Below, piece after piece: positions 10,741 to 20,642 of a DNA stretch of 64,000 nucleotides. Position numbers and translations under genes: made by a program. Every line of letters starts with the position of its first letter. Within the stretch, counting starts at the first letter, position 1. A model generated the notes under the pieces. The model saw nothing but the letters and a program-made list of their open reading frames with translations. It was not told where the DNA came from and did not search any database. Origin of the DNA: Corallococcus sp. (GTDB lineage Bacteria > Bacillota > Clostridia > Christensenellales > CAG-314). The stretch is from NCBI GenBank assembly GCA_023665205.1, contig JAMPEJ010000001.1:152116-216115 (forward strand), given 5' to 3'.

Positions 10741-11550
10741 CTATTTTAAGTAGGCAAATTCGTATTGTGGCAAAACGTACTCGTAGCCGATTTTTTTGTA
10801 CAAATGATTTGCTGCGGGATTTGTCTTATCAACAAATAAATACGGAGAAAAGCCTGAATCCAAAATACGTTGCGTTAAATACGCAACCACATCGCAGGAA
10901 TATCCTCTATTACGGAATTCCTTAGGTGTAAAGACGTGCGTTATACGACAAAGACAAGCGCTATCTCTCTTGAAAATCGCAATAGAAACCACGCATCCGT
11001 CAACTTCCAGCAAAGCTACGTCGTATAACATAGATAAGACTTCATTAGACAACGAATTCTTGTCCGGCGTGCTTCCAAGTGCTTCCGGCAAGAATTGCGC
11101 AACAAGATCAAGTACCGTTTCAAAATCGGATTTTTCCGCCATCCTGACGTTATTACGGCAATGGCATTTCACCTCTTTACAAGACATTATTTCCATTGCA
11201 AACTTCGTTTTATGACGACCTCCTTGCAAACGTTCGTACTCAGTCAAAAAGTTTTCGCAAACGTATAAATCTCCTAGACAGCGCTCAAACTCCAATCCGT
11301 TTTGTACGCAGATTTCGGCAAGTTCTGCACAAAGCGACGCGTCGCCGAATATGCGCATCGGAAGGCCGCAAAGCCCCACTGAAAACAAAAATTTCTCACC
11401 TATACAAATTTTTACGGCAAAATCGGTTTTATTACAAACATCTATGACAGCGGCATTACTTTCAAAAAATACTGTTTCCAACGGATATTTATTCAAAATT
11501 TCGCTGTTATCTAATAAAAAATCCTTGCCGCTTACGTAAAGTTTATACAT
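10741..11550 (-). CDS. GNAT family N-acetyltransferase with an uncharacterised N-terminal half
   Basis: The C-terminal about 110 aa show the GNAT acetyl-CoA motif A (FRNRGYSCDVVAYLTQ) and the tail NPAANHLYKKIGYEYV. The ATG is 1 nt after the uvrB stop. Confidence 0.7.
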   Translation of the reverse strand: MYKLYVSGKDFLLDNSEILNKYPLETVFFESNAAVIDVCNKTDFAVKICIGEKFLFSVGLCGLPMRIFGDASLCAELAEICVQNGLEFERCLGDLYVCENFLTEYERLQGGRHKTKFAMEIMSCKEVKCHCRNNVRMAEKSDFETVLDLVAQFLPEALGSTPDKNSLSNEVLSMLYDVALLEVDGCVVSIAIFKRDSACLCRITHVFTPKEFRNRGYSCDVVAYLTQRILDSGFSPYLFVDKTNPAANHLYKKIGYEYVLPQYEFAYLK

Positions 11551-11551
11551 A

Positions 11552-13519
11552 CTAACCTCTTTTTTTCCTCTGCAATTTTTCCAGCTGTTTAGTCAGACGC
11601 ACAACTTCTTCACGCAACTGTATAGCTTTTTCAAAATCTAATTGATTCGCCGCAGTTTTCATTCTATCCGTTACGTTTTCAATTTGCTTTTGCAAATCCT
11701 TCGGGGTCGCGGCCGCTCCGTCTTTCTGCGTTATTTCCAAAGTGTTTTCGACATAATGCTCAATAGTTTTTGGAACTATATTATTTTCAACGTTATACGC
11801 ATGCTGGATTTGCCTACGCCGTTCGGTTTCGTCTATTGCGCGCTTCATGCTTTCAGTGACAATATCAGCGTACATAATCACTTTACCGTCGGCATTTCTC
11901 GCAGCGCGTCCAATTGTTTGTATCAACGCGGTATCGCTACGTAAAAATCCTTCTTTGTCCGCATCCAAAATGGCAACCAACTTGACTTGCGGCATGTCCA
12001 AACCCTCACGAAGCAAGTTAATGCCGACAAGCACGTCAAACTCACCCTTTTTAAGTCCGGAAACAATCTCGACGCGCTCCAACGTATCTATATCGCTGTG
12101 CATATATTTTACACGAACGTCGTGCTTTGCTAAAAAGTCCGTCAAACTTTCAGCCATGCGTTTTGTAAGCGTTGTTACAAGCACTCTGCCGCCATCCTGC
12201 ACCACTTGGAATATTTCTCCCAACAAGTTGTCAATTTGACCTTCAACCGGACGGACTTCAACAAGCGGATCCAATAGACCAGTTGGGCGTATCAATTGTT
12301 CAACCACGTTGTCGGCGCGTTTCATTTCGTATTCGGCCGGAGTTGCAGACACACAAATCAATTGTCCCAAACGTGAATCGAATTCCGAAAAAGTCAACGG
12401 GCGGTTATCGAAAGCGCTTTTCAGTCTGAAACCGTACCCAACCAAATTGGTTTTACGCGCCCGGTCTCCGTTAAACATACCGCGGATCTGCGGTATAGTC
12501 ATATGGCTTTCGTCAATAAATGTTATAAAATCTTTCGGAAAGTAATCAAGCAACGTAAACGGCGGTTGACCTGCGCTTCTGCCGTCAAAGTAACGCGAGT
12601 AGTTTTCAATACCGCTACAATACCCCATCTCGCGCATCATTTCCATGTCATAGGAAACACGCTGTTTAAGACGCTGCCCTTCTACGATCTTGTTTACGTT
12701 AAGAAATCCCTGAACCTCTTCTTCCATGTCGCGTTCTATTTCTTTCAAGGATTTCTCCATTGTAATGCCTTCCACAACATATTGACTGGCAGGGAAAATA
12801 ATAATATGCAACAGTGTGGCAATAACGTTTCCGGTCAAAGCGTCCGTCTCGCTTATCTTTTCTATTTCGTCGCCCCAAAATTCCACCCGTATTGCGTGCT
12901 CAGAATAAGACGCAGGGTAAATTTCAAGAATATCTCCTCTTACGCGAAAAGTTCCGCGATGAAAATCCATATCGTTGCGCTCGTACTGTATGGCTATCAG
13001 TTTTTTTATGACGTCCTCACGCGAAACGTTATCGCCCGGGCGCAATGACAAACTCATTTTGTAATATTCGCCCGGAGCCCCTAATCCATATATACAGGAA
13101 ACGCTAGCGACTACGATCGTATCGCGACGTTCAAACAAACTACAAGTTGCGCTGTGACGCAGACGGTCGATTTCGTCGTTGATATTTATCTCTTTTTCAA
13201 TATACAAATCGCGTGCGGGAATGTAACTTTCCGGCATATAGTAATCATAGTAGGAAACAAAAAATTCCACCCTATTCTCAGGAAAAAACTCTCTAAACTC
13301 GTTACATAATTGTGCCGCTAGCGTTTTATTGTGGCAAACCACTAACGCCGGACGGTTTGCCAGCGCAATGACGTTGGCCATTGTAAATGTTTTTCCACTA
13401 CCGGTCACACCGCGCAAAACTTGGGTTGCAAGTCCGTCTTTTAACCCTTGTGTAAGTTCTGCAATCGCTTGCGGCTGATCGCCGCAAGGTTGATACTTAG
13501 AGTGCAACTTAAAGTCCAT
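11552..13519 (-). CDS. uvrB: excinuclease ABC subunit B
   Basis: UvrB helicase motifs (GVTGSGKTFTMANVI, DESHMT) and a C-terminal UVR domain (DFEKAIQLREEV). Start trimmed to ATG 13519 (MDFKLHSKYQP), which has GGAGA upstream. Confidence 0.95.
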   Translation of the reverse strand: MDFKLHSKYQPCGDQPQAIAELTQGLKDGLATQVLRGVTGSGKTFTMANVIALANRPALVVCHNKTLAAQLCNEFREFFPENRVEFFVSYYDYYMPESYIPARDLYIEKEININDEIDRLRHSATCSLFERRDTIVVASVSCIYGLGAPGEYYKMSLSLRPGDNVSREDVIKKLIAIQYERNDMDFHRGTFRVRGDILEIYPASYSEHAIRVEFWGDEIEKISETDALTGNVIATLLHIIIFPASQYVVEGITMEKSLKEIERDMEEEVQGFLNVNKIVEGQRLKQRVSYDMEMMREMGYCSGIENYSRYFDGRSAGQPPFTLLDYFPKDFITFIDESHMTIPQIRGMFNGDRARKTNLVGYGFRLKSAFDNRPLTFSEFDSRLGQLICVSATPAEYEMKRADNVVEQLIRPTGLLDPLVEVRPVEGQIDNLLGEIFQVVQDGGRVLVTTLTKRMAESLTDFLAKHDVRVKYMHSDIDTLERVEIVSGLKKGEFDVLVGINLLREGLDMPQVKLVAILDADKEGFLRSDTALIQTIGRAARNADGKVIMYADIVTESMKRAIDETERRRQIQHAYNVENNIVPKTIEHYVENTLEITQKDGAAATPKDLQKQIENVTDRMKTAANQLDFEKAIQLREEVVRLTKQLEKLQRKKRG

Positions 13520-13600
13520 ATCCGTCTCCGCGCAGATATTCTCTGCGAACATTTGTTCCATACAATTATACGGTAAAAACAACCGCTTGTCAACAATTTC

Positions 13601-14368
13601 TCAGACATTCAATTTATAAATTTCGTACAAACCCTTCAAAGACAATTCTCTGTCAATGTGATCAAATAGTGGCTCTACGTCGTTCACAATGTTAGAAAGT
13701 CCGCCCGTTGCAATCACCTGTGCGTTTAGAAGCCCTGTTTCGCGTTTTATTCGGTCAATAATGTATTTTACTTGTCCCACAGCACCGAATATCACTCCGC
13801 TTTGTATGGCCTTTCTAGTGGACTGTGCAACGCACTTATTCGGCGTTTCCAATTCCACGCTAGGTAACTTTGCAGTGCAGGTTGCAAGGCTCTCTATATT
13901 GGCCTTAAGCCCCAAACTTATTGCACCGCCGATAAACTCCTTCTTACCGTTGACTACGTTAAAAGTCGTAGCTGTGCCGAAATCCACCAAAATAAACGGT
14001 GCGCCGAACTTTTTTTCCGCAGCTACACAAGTAATAATTCTGTCGCTACCCAACTCGCGAGGGTTTTCGTATTTTATTGCAATACCAGTTTTAACGCCGA
14101 CGCCGACGATCATCGGCTTTACTCCGAAAAGGTGAGTTATCACGTTTGTAAAGGTGTAATCTAATTGAGGAATTACCGACGAAACTATCGCCCCGCCTAT
14201 ATCCGCTTCGCCTATCTTGCTGTGAGACAACAATTGCAAAAGAAGCGCGGCATATTCATCGCTTGTGCGCTTGACGTCTGTGGACATTTTGAAAGATTCG
14301 CATAATTCTCCTTTGTCAAACAAACCTATTTTAACGTTAGTATTTCCTATGTCGACCGTAAGTATCAT
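13601..14368 (-). CDS. coaX: type III pantothenate kinase
   Basis: 255 aa with the ASKHA fold and CoaX signatures (MILTVDIGNTNVKIGLF, GSDRI, VDFGTATTF, ATGGL). Confidence 0.9.
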   Translation of the reverse strand: MILTVDIGNTNVKIGLFDKGELCESFKMSTDVKRTSDEYAALLLQLLSHSKIGEADIGGAIVSSVIPQLDYTFTNVITHLFGVKPMIVGVGVKTGIAIKYENPRELGSDRIITCVAAEKKFGAPFILVDFGTATTFNVVNGKKEFIGGAISLGLKANIESLATCTAKLPSVELETPNKCVAQSTRKAIQSGVIFGAVGQVKYIIDRIKRETGLLNAQVIATGGLSNIVNDVEPLFDHIDRELSLKGLYEIYKLNV

Positions 14369-15132
14369 TTTTCTTCTCCGTTGATGTTTTCTTCAGAATT
14401 TTTAATATTTTCGTCATCGTTTTTCGTCGGCTTGACCGTTTCTGTTGAAACATCGTGACGCAACGCTTGGCCCTCACTTTCTACAAGCGCAACACCATTT
14501 CCTTCCGTCACGTCAACGTCTGATTTATTGGTTTTGTAAACTCTTTTCCAATTGTTACCGTCTATGCCCAATTTCAATCCGTGTCGTACGCCTAAAACAA
14601 TAGGGGAGACGCACACTAGCGACACAAGATATTCCGGCAAACAATTCAAAACGGCAACAGCTTGCAACGCTAAAACAAAAGAACCGTATTGGTCGGTGAA
14701 TAAAGATAATGCGCCCATATATAAAATCGTATTTGTCAAAAGTCCGACAAAAGTAGCCATCACCATTGCCGTAACTTGACATACGTATTTATTTTTGACT
14801 TTTTTAGTAATTAACAAAATCAATTTATATAAGCAAAAAGCCAAAATTGAGACAAATAGTCTGGGAACGATTGAGATTGCCGGATTTTGCGATGCTATTT
14901 TACCGAAAGGAAATGCTAAAATAAAAGAAGACAGCCCCATAAACGTACTTGCCAAGAAACCGTCGATCCACGAATCGTACAAAAAACAAAACGCGAAAGT
15001 AACCAGCAACTCGACAGTGGCGCCCGCAATAGGTAGCCCCAACGTAATAGATCTGTCAATCAAAGTCGCAACAAAAATAGTTGCAAGCATAATGGCGTAC
15101 CTTGCCACCGCAAGAGCTTTATTGTTTACCAT
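14365..15132 (-). CDS. polytopic membrane protein, possibly an ECF S-component-like vitamin transporter, translationally coupled to coaX
   Basis: About 5-6 predicted TM helices plus an acidic hydrophilic tail. Start trimmed to ATG 15132 (GAGG upstream). The TGA stop overlaps the coaX ATG (ATGA at 14365..14368). The function is inferred from context only. Confidence 0.5.
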   Translation of the reverse strand: MVNNKALAVARYAIMLATIFVATLIDRSITLGLPIAGATVELLVTFAFCFLYDSWIDGFLASTFMGLSSFILAFPFGKIASQNPAISIVPRLFVSILAFCLYKLILLITKKVKNKYVCQVTAMVMATFVGLLTNTILYMGALSLFTDQYGSFVLALQAVAVLNCLPEYLVSLVCVSPIVLGVRHGLKLGIDGNNWKRVYKTNKSDVDVTEGNGVALVESEGQALRHDVSTETVKPTKNDDENIKNSEENINGEEK

Positions 15133-15416
15133 AAAAACCTCAATTTCGTCCCAAACGGGTACGAATATCTTTTTAGGTAAAAAGATATAAAAATTCACAG
15201 TATCGCTCGGCTATCCGATACGACCTATGATTATTTTACCACATACGACTCAAAAATACAATTGTATGACGCTTATTTTACAGAATCGGTCAAATCAAAA
15301 CCGTTTGCACATAAACTCTGTAAGTATAGTTAGGTCATAAATCGATGCGGCTAATAAATCAACGTATTTAAGACACGATTATAATCGATACGATTTTGTG
15401 CTTTTTATTTATAATT

Positions 15417-15442
15417 ATAAAAAAGACAGCCAATCGGCTGTC
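15417..15442 (-). terminator. intrinsic terminator after engB
   Basis: The minus-strand hairpin GACAGCC-GAUU-GGCUGUC is followed by UUUUUUAU. Confidence 0.8.
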
Positions 15443-15479
15443 AATTTAGATTACAAGATTTTATTTGTAAAACATTACT

Positions 15480-16109
15480 TCACTCGGCGTTTGCTTTAAC
15501 AGAATATTCAAACGCCGCAAGCACTTTTTCAATCCTGTCCAACACTGCGTCTTTACCTGTTTTATTCAAAGAGGACACAGCAATAATATTGCCTTCCCCA
15601 ACTTTCAAAAAATTTGCAATAGCGCGACATCTGTTTTTTACCTGACTTTTTGCAACTTTGTCCGCTTTCGTTGCAACAATAGTATACGGAACGTTATTTT
15701 TGAACAGATAATTGTACATAGTTAAATCGTCACGTGTAGGATCATGACGGACATCTACCAAAAAAAATACGTGCTTCAACATTTTTTCTTTGGCGAGATA
15801 TTTTTCCAACAAATCCGCCCATTTCAATTTTTCTGCGTCGTTGACTTTTGCAAATCCGTACCCAGGCAAATCGGCAAGCAAAAATTCGCTATCGCTGTTT
15901 TCATTTATCAAAAAATAATTTATCAGTCTGGTTCTGCCCGGCAATTTACTGGTTCTTGCTAGTTTACCGTCGTTTACCAAAAAATTGATAAAACTGCTTT
16001 TACCAACGTTGCTTTTGCCCGCTACCGCTATTTGCGGCAAGTCGGAAACTATACATTGTCCGTAAGTTGCCGCTCCCTTTACGTACGACGATTTCTTTAT
16101 AGTCAACAT
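15480..16109 (-). CDS. engB: ribosome biogenesis GTP-binding protein YsxC/EngB
   Basis: G1 motif AGKSNVGKSSFIN, then DLPGYGFA and ATKADK. The N-terminus is collinear with B. subtilis YsxC when started at ATG 16109 (MLTIKKSS). Confidence 0.85.
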   Translation of the reverse strand: MLTIKKSSYVKGAATYGQCIVSDLPQIAVAGKSNVGKSSFINFLVNDGKLARTSKLPGRTRLINYFLINENSDSEFLLADLPGYGFAKVNDAEKLKWADLLEKYLAKEKMLKHVFFLVDVRHDPTRDDLTMYNYLFKNNVPYTIVATKADKVAKSQVKNRCRAIANFLKVGEGNIIAVSSLNKTGKDAVLDRIEKVLAAFEYSVKANAE

Positions 16110-16147
16110 CTTCTTAAATCCCAATAAACTTTCAATTTTGCAGTGCG

Positions 16148-18490
16148 TCAATTTCCGGCGGACGCCGGATTTTCCACGCTTTGATTAACAAGGGCTACGT
16201 CGTAAACGTCCCCGATGTTTTCCGCCAAAACAAATTCTATTTGTTTTTTTATTTCCGACGGTATTTCATCCAAATCTTTTTCATTGTCCTTTGGTATAAT
16301 AACTTTTCTTATACCTACTCTGTAAGCGGCCAACGCTTTTTCACGTAATCCCCCTATAGGTAATACTTTGCCGCGCAAAGTAATTTCTCCGGTCATCGCA
16401 ACTTTTCCGCTAACGGGACGGTGCGAAAATGCAGACATAACAACCGTCGCCATCGTAACTCCTGCCGAAGGACCGTCCTTTGGGATAGCTCCTTCCGGCA
16501 CGTGAATGTGGATATCCGTTTTTTCAAATTTACTTTTTTCTATACCGTACTCGTCAGCCAAACTTTTTACCAACGATATTGCGGTCCGCGCCGATTCCTT
16601 CATAACGTCGCCGAGATTGCCGGTCAGTTGCACGTCGCCCTTGCCGTCAAATAATGCTGCGTCCACGTTAAGCGTTACTCCGCCTACGCGCGTCCACGCA
16701 AGTCCGCGTGCACTACCGACAGTATCAGGTATTATTCCTATCTCGTCCTTGTATTTTTCTACACCAAGATATTCGTGCAAGTTGTCAGGCGTAATTTCAC
16801 ATACGGTAGCAGGATCTTCCACCAGTTTCAAAGCCACTTTTCGACAAATTGCCGCAATCTCACGCTCCAAATTTCTCACACCGGATTCGCTTGTGTAGCG
16901 CTCCACAATTTTGGCGTAAGTATCGTTACCGATAATAATCTTGCCGTCGGGTATTCCGTGTAGCGCCATATTTTTCCTCAGCAAAAATTTGTTGGCTATT
17001 TCAACTTTTTCAGGTTCTGTGTAACCGGATAGTTCTATAATTTCCATTCTGTCCAACAACGGAGCGGGAATATCGTCCGTGGCGTTTGCAGTACACACAA
17101 ACAATACTTTGGAAAGGTCGAACGGCACTTCCAAAAAGTGATCTGTAAAACTGAAATTCTGTTCAGGATCCAAGACTTCCAACATTGCGCTTGCAGGATC
17201 GCCGCGATTATCCTTACCCATTTTGTCTATTTCGTCCAACAACAAAACAGGGTTTTTGCAATCGGCCTGTTTCATCATATAAATGATTTTACCGGGTATA
17301 GCGCCGACGTAAGTTCTGCGGTGTCCGCGTATCTCCGCCTCATCTCTAACACCGCCAAGGCTCACGCGCAAATATTTGCGATCCAATGCCCTAGCAATGC
17401 TCTGCACAATTGATGTTTTACCTACTCCCGGAGGCCCTACAAAGCACAAAATAGGTCCGTTAAGCTTCCCCGTTAATTGCATTACTGCCAAAAATTCCAC
17501 AATACGGTCTTTGATTTTTTCCAAGCCGTAATGGTCTTTGTCCAAAATTTCCCGAGCCTTTGCCAGATCCTTGTTGTCAACAGACTCTTTAGCCCAAGGC
17601 ATATCGCACAACCAATCGAGATAATTACGTATTACTGCCGCATCAGGCGACGTGGAAGACATTTTTGACAGTCTGGACAATTCCTTGTGCGCTTTCTTTT
17701 CCACGTCTTCCGGCATTTTACAAGCCTTAATACGGTCCAAATATTCTTGTTTTTCGTTGGCATCTTCACCTAATTCAGCAGAAATTGCTTTCATTTGTTC
17801 ACGCAAATAGTATTCTTTTTGCCCGTCCTGAACCTGCTGACGCACACGGTTAGCAATGCGCTTTTCTACTTTTACAAAATCCAATTCAGCCGTAAGATAT
17901 ACGCAAATTTTTTCCATACGAATATCAAGGTCGGTTTCTTCCAATATTTCCTGACGCGAAGACAGTCTGGTCACAAGTTCGTTTGCCACCACGTTAGTAA
18001 AAGCGATGTAATCCACGCTATCGGCAACTGCAAGTTTATCTATTCCCAATTTTGCGGCGCCGGCATTTATTTCCGCAAAATCCTTGACCAATTGGCAAGT
18101 TTTACTAAACAATGCACGGGTTTCCGTATTATCTTTGCAGTAGTAATCCTGCGTTTCAACGTCCACCAAAATAATATGTTCCGCAGCGTTGTATTCTATA
18201 ATTTTGGCAGCCTCTACAGTGCGAACAGTAATGACGACCGATTCCTCGGTATTCTTGTCCACGGAAACAACTTCCGCCACAACGCCGACTTTATAAAAAT
18301 CGGTCTGCGCAATGGGCGTAGCCTGCGTGGCGTCAATTTGACTGACCATAAAAAACTGTCCGCCGTTTTCCATAGCCATTTTTATCGCATTTCGAGAAAT
18401 AGTCCTTGCAACTTCTACTTTTGCCTTTACGTTTGGAAAGAAAAAGTTTCCTCTCATAGCCAACAGCGGCAAATTATTGTAAATTTTCAC
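16148..18490 (-). CDS. lon: ATP-dependent Lon protease
   Basis: LON N-domain (LPLLAMRGNFFFP), AAA+ Walker A (GPPGVGKTS) and a proteolytic domain with PKDGPSAG. The probable start is GTG 18490 (AGAGGT 5 nt upstream) rather than the ORF-track ATG 18520. Confidence 0.9.
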   Translation of the reverse strand: MKIYNNLPLLAMRGNFFFPNVKAKVEVARTISRNAIKMAMENGGQFFMVSQIDATQATPIAQTDFYKVGVVAEVVSVDKNTEESVVITVRTVEAAKIIEYNAAEHIILVDVETQDYYCKDNTETRALFSKTCQLVKDFAEINAGAAKLGIDKLAVADSVDYIAFTNVVANELVTRLSSRQEILEETDLDIRMEKICVYLTAELDFVKVEKRIANRVRQQVQDGQKEYYLREQMKAISAELGEDANEKQEYLDRIKACKMPEDVEKKAHKELSRLSKMSSTSPDAAVIRNYLDWLCDMPWAKESVDNKDLAKAREILDKDHYGLEKIKDRIVEFLAVMQLTGKLNGPILCFVGPPGVGKTSIVQSIARALDRKYLRVSLGGVRDEAEIRGHRRTYVGAIPGKIIYMMKQADCKNPVLLLDEIDKMGKDNRGDPASAMLEVLDPEQNFSFTDHFLEVPFDLSKVLFVCTANATDDIPAPLLDRMEIIELSGYTEPEKVEIANKFLLRKNMALHGIPDGKIIIGNDTYAKIVERYTSESGVRNLEREIAAICRKVALKLVEDPATVCEITPDNLHEYLGVEKYKDEIGIIPDTVGSARGLAWTRVGGVTLNVDAALFDGKGDVQLTGNLGDVMKESARTAISLVKSLADEYGIEKSKFEKTDIHIHVPEGAIPKDGPSAGVTMATVVMSAFSHRPVSGKVAMTGEITLRGKVLPIGGLREKALAAYRVGIRKVIIPKDNEKDLDEIPSEIKKQIEFVLAENIGDVYDVALVNQSVENPASAGN

Positions 18491-18663
18491 GTCGTACCTC
18501 TTTTCTAAAAATTTGTACATATTTAACGTTAGTTTGTGTTTTTAAGTCAAGGTTATGCTAATGCAACAAAAGGCATTGCTGTAAAAACTTAGCAATTAAG
18601 CCCAAAACTATTTTAAATTATAAAATAAAACGCGTTTTATTGCAACAAAATTTTACACGGCAA

Positions 18664-18702
18664 CAAAAAATGTGCGCGCATGGTAAACAACCATACGCGC
18701 AC
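18664..18702 (-). terminator. intrinsic terminator after clpX
   Basis: A 12-bp minus-strand stem (GUGCGCGUAUGG / CCAUGCGCGCAC, one mismatch) is followed by AUUUUUUG. Confidence 0.75.
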
Positions 18703-18767
18703 TTAAAAATCCATAATATTCAGTTTTCAAATAAAGATACAAAGCATATGTCACAAAACGGCGAATA

Positions 18768-19991
18768 TCAACCTGCTCGTTTGTAAATTTTCGGTTTTGC
18801 TCCGCTTTCAACGCAATTTTTATTTACAGAAATCTTCTGAACGTTTTCAATTGACGGAGCTTCGTACATGCAATCCAACATCAGGTTTTCGATTACGGAG
18901 CGCAAACCACGCGCGCCGGTTTTCAGTTTAATGGACTTTTGCGCTACGGCGCGTATAGCGTCCTCCTCAAACTCCAGTTCTATATCGTCCATTTTGAACA
19001 GTTTTTGATACTGTTTGATAAGCGAATTTTTGGGCTCTGTCAAAATTTTTACCAAAGCGTCTTCGTCCAAGGGAGAAAGTCCTACCGTTATAGGCAGCCT
19101 TCCTACAAACTCCGGGATAAGTCCGTATTTTATAAAATCCTGCGGCTGCAAATTTTTTACCAGTTCGGCGTAGTCGACGTCTTCCATACTTTTTATTCTG
19201 TTGCCGAAACCCAGTCCGCCACCTTGCAAACGCTTTTCTGTGATTTTATCCAGTCCTACAAATGCGCCTCCGCAAATAAACAAAATGTTTGTCGTATCTA
19301 TGGCGATATTATCTGCCTGCGGATGCTTTCTTCCGCCTTGGGGCGGTACGTTTGCAACGGTGCTTTCAATAATTTTTAACAATGCCTGTTGCACTCCCTC
19401 GCCGGAAACGTCTCGCGTTATAGACACATTCTCGCGCTTTTTGGCAATCTTATCTATTTCGTCGATGTAGATAATTCCGCGTTCGGCTTTTTTTACGTCG
19501 TAATCGGCGGCTTGAATAAGCTTAAGCAGAATATTTTCCACGTCCTCTCCAACGTAACCCGCTTCAGTAAGGGTGGTCGCATCAGCCACGGCAAACGGAA
19601 CTTCCAATATTCTTGCAAGAGTTTTTGCTAGCAAAGTTTTGCCGCATCCCGTAGGACCGAGCATCAAAATATTGCTTTTTTCCAATTCCACCTCATTATC
19701 TCTGCTGTTGGCAAACATAACTCGTTTGTAATGGTTATAAACGGCTACGGAAAGAGTACGCTTGGCCGCGTCTTGCCCCACCACATATTTATCCAATTCT
19801 TTTTTGATTTCTTCCGGTTTAAGCAAATTCATTTTAGAATCGGGCATTTTTTCCGTCAGACTGTCGTTATCTATCAATGTTCGACAAGTATCTACGCACT
19901 CGTCGCAAATGCATGCGCCGCTTGGCCCTGCCAAAAGTTTTTTCACTTCGGATTCGCTTTTGCCGCAAAAAGAACAATGTTGATTAGCCAT
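18768..19991 (-). CDS. clpX: ATP-dependent Clp protease ATP-binding subunit ClpX
   Basis: N-terminal zinc-binding CSFCGK...CICDEC, Walker A GPTGCGKT, and the IGF-type loop LGFG. Confidence 0.95.
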   Translation of the reverse strand: MANQHCSFCGKSESEVKKLLAGPSGACICDECVDTCRTLIDNDSLTEKMPDSKMNLLKPEEIKKELDKYVVGQDAAKRTLSVAVYNHYKRVMFANSRDNEVELEKSNILMLGPTGCGKTLLAKTLARILEVPFAVADATTLTEAGYVGEDVENILLKLIQAADYDVKKAERGIIYIDEIDKIAKKRENVSITRDVSGEGVQQALLKIIESTVANVPPQGGRKHPQADNIAIDTTNILFICGGAFVGLDKITEKRLQGGGLGFGNRIKSMEDVDYAELVKNLQPQDFIKYGLIPEFVGRLPITVGLSPLDEDALVKILTEPKNSLIKQYQKLFKMDDIELEFEEDAIRAVAQKSIKLKTGARGLRSVIENLMLDCMYEAPSIENVQKISVNKNCVESGAKPKIYKRAG

Positions 19992-20002
19992 TTTCGCTCC
20001 TT

Positions 20003-20584
20003 TTATTTACGGGAATAAAACACTTCGTCCACAATACCGTACGCCTTGGCTTCCTCTGCGGAAAGATAGTTGTCTCTGTCGGTATCCTTTTCCACTTCTC
20101 CTACTTTTTTGCCGACGTTCTCGGCAAGCAAGGCGTTCAATTTTTGTTTAAGTTTGAGTAATTGTCTAGTTTGAATTTCTACGTCGCTTGCCTGGCCTTG
20201 CGAACCGCCAAGAACTTGGTGAATCATTATTTCGCTGTTAGGCAATGCATAGCGCTTTCCTTTGGTTCCGGACGACAATAAAAACGCGCCCATCGATGCC
20301 GCCATACCTATGCAAATGGTAGATACGTCGCAACGAATATATTTCATCGTGTCGTATATTGCCAAGCCAGCCGTAACTGAACCGCCCGGGCTGTTGATAT
20401 AAAGGGAAATATCCTTTGTCGGATCCTTCGATTCCAAATAAATCAATTGCGCCACCACTAGGTTTGCAAGTTCGTCAGTAACCTCACCGGACAAAAACAC
20501 AACTCGATCCTCCAGTAAGCGGGAATATATGTCAAAACTTCTTTCGCCGTTATCCGTACGGTCTACGACCATAGGTATCAACAT
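20003..20584 (-). CDS. clpP: ATP-dependent Clp protease proteolytic subunit
   Basis: 193 aa with [22 protein letters not shown] (catalytic Ser) and MIHQ (His). Confidence 0.95.
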   Translation of the reverse strand: MLIPMVVDRTDNGERSFDIYSRLLEDRVVFLSGEVTDELANLVVAQLIYLESKDPTKDISLYINSPGGSVTAGLAIYDTMKYIRCDVSTICIGMAASMGAFLLSSGTKGKRYALPNSEIMIHQVLGGSQGQASDVEIQTRQLLKLKQKLNALLAENVGKKVGEVEKDTDRDNYLSAEEAKAYGIVDEVFYSRK

Positions 20585-20642
20585 ATTTTTACCTCCTTAA
20601 AATACGCGTCGGATAAAATATATTCACCCGACGGTCATTATG

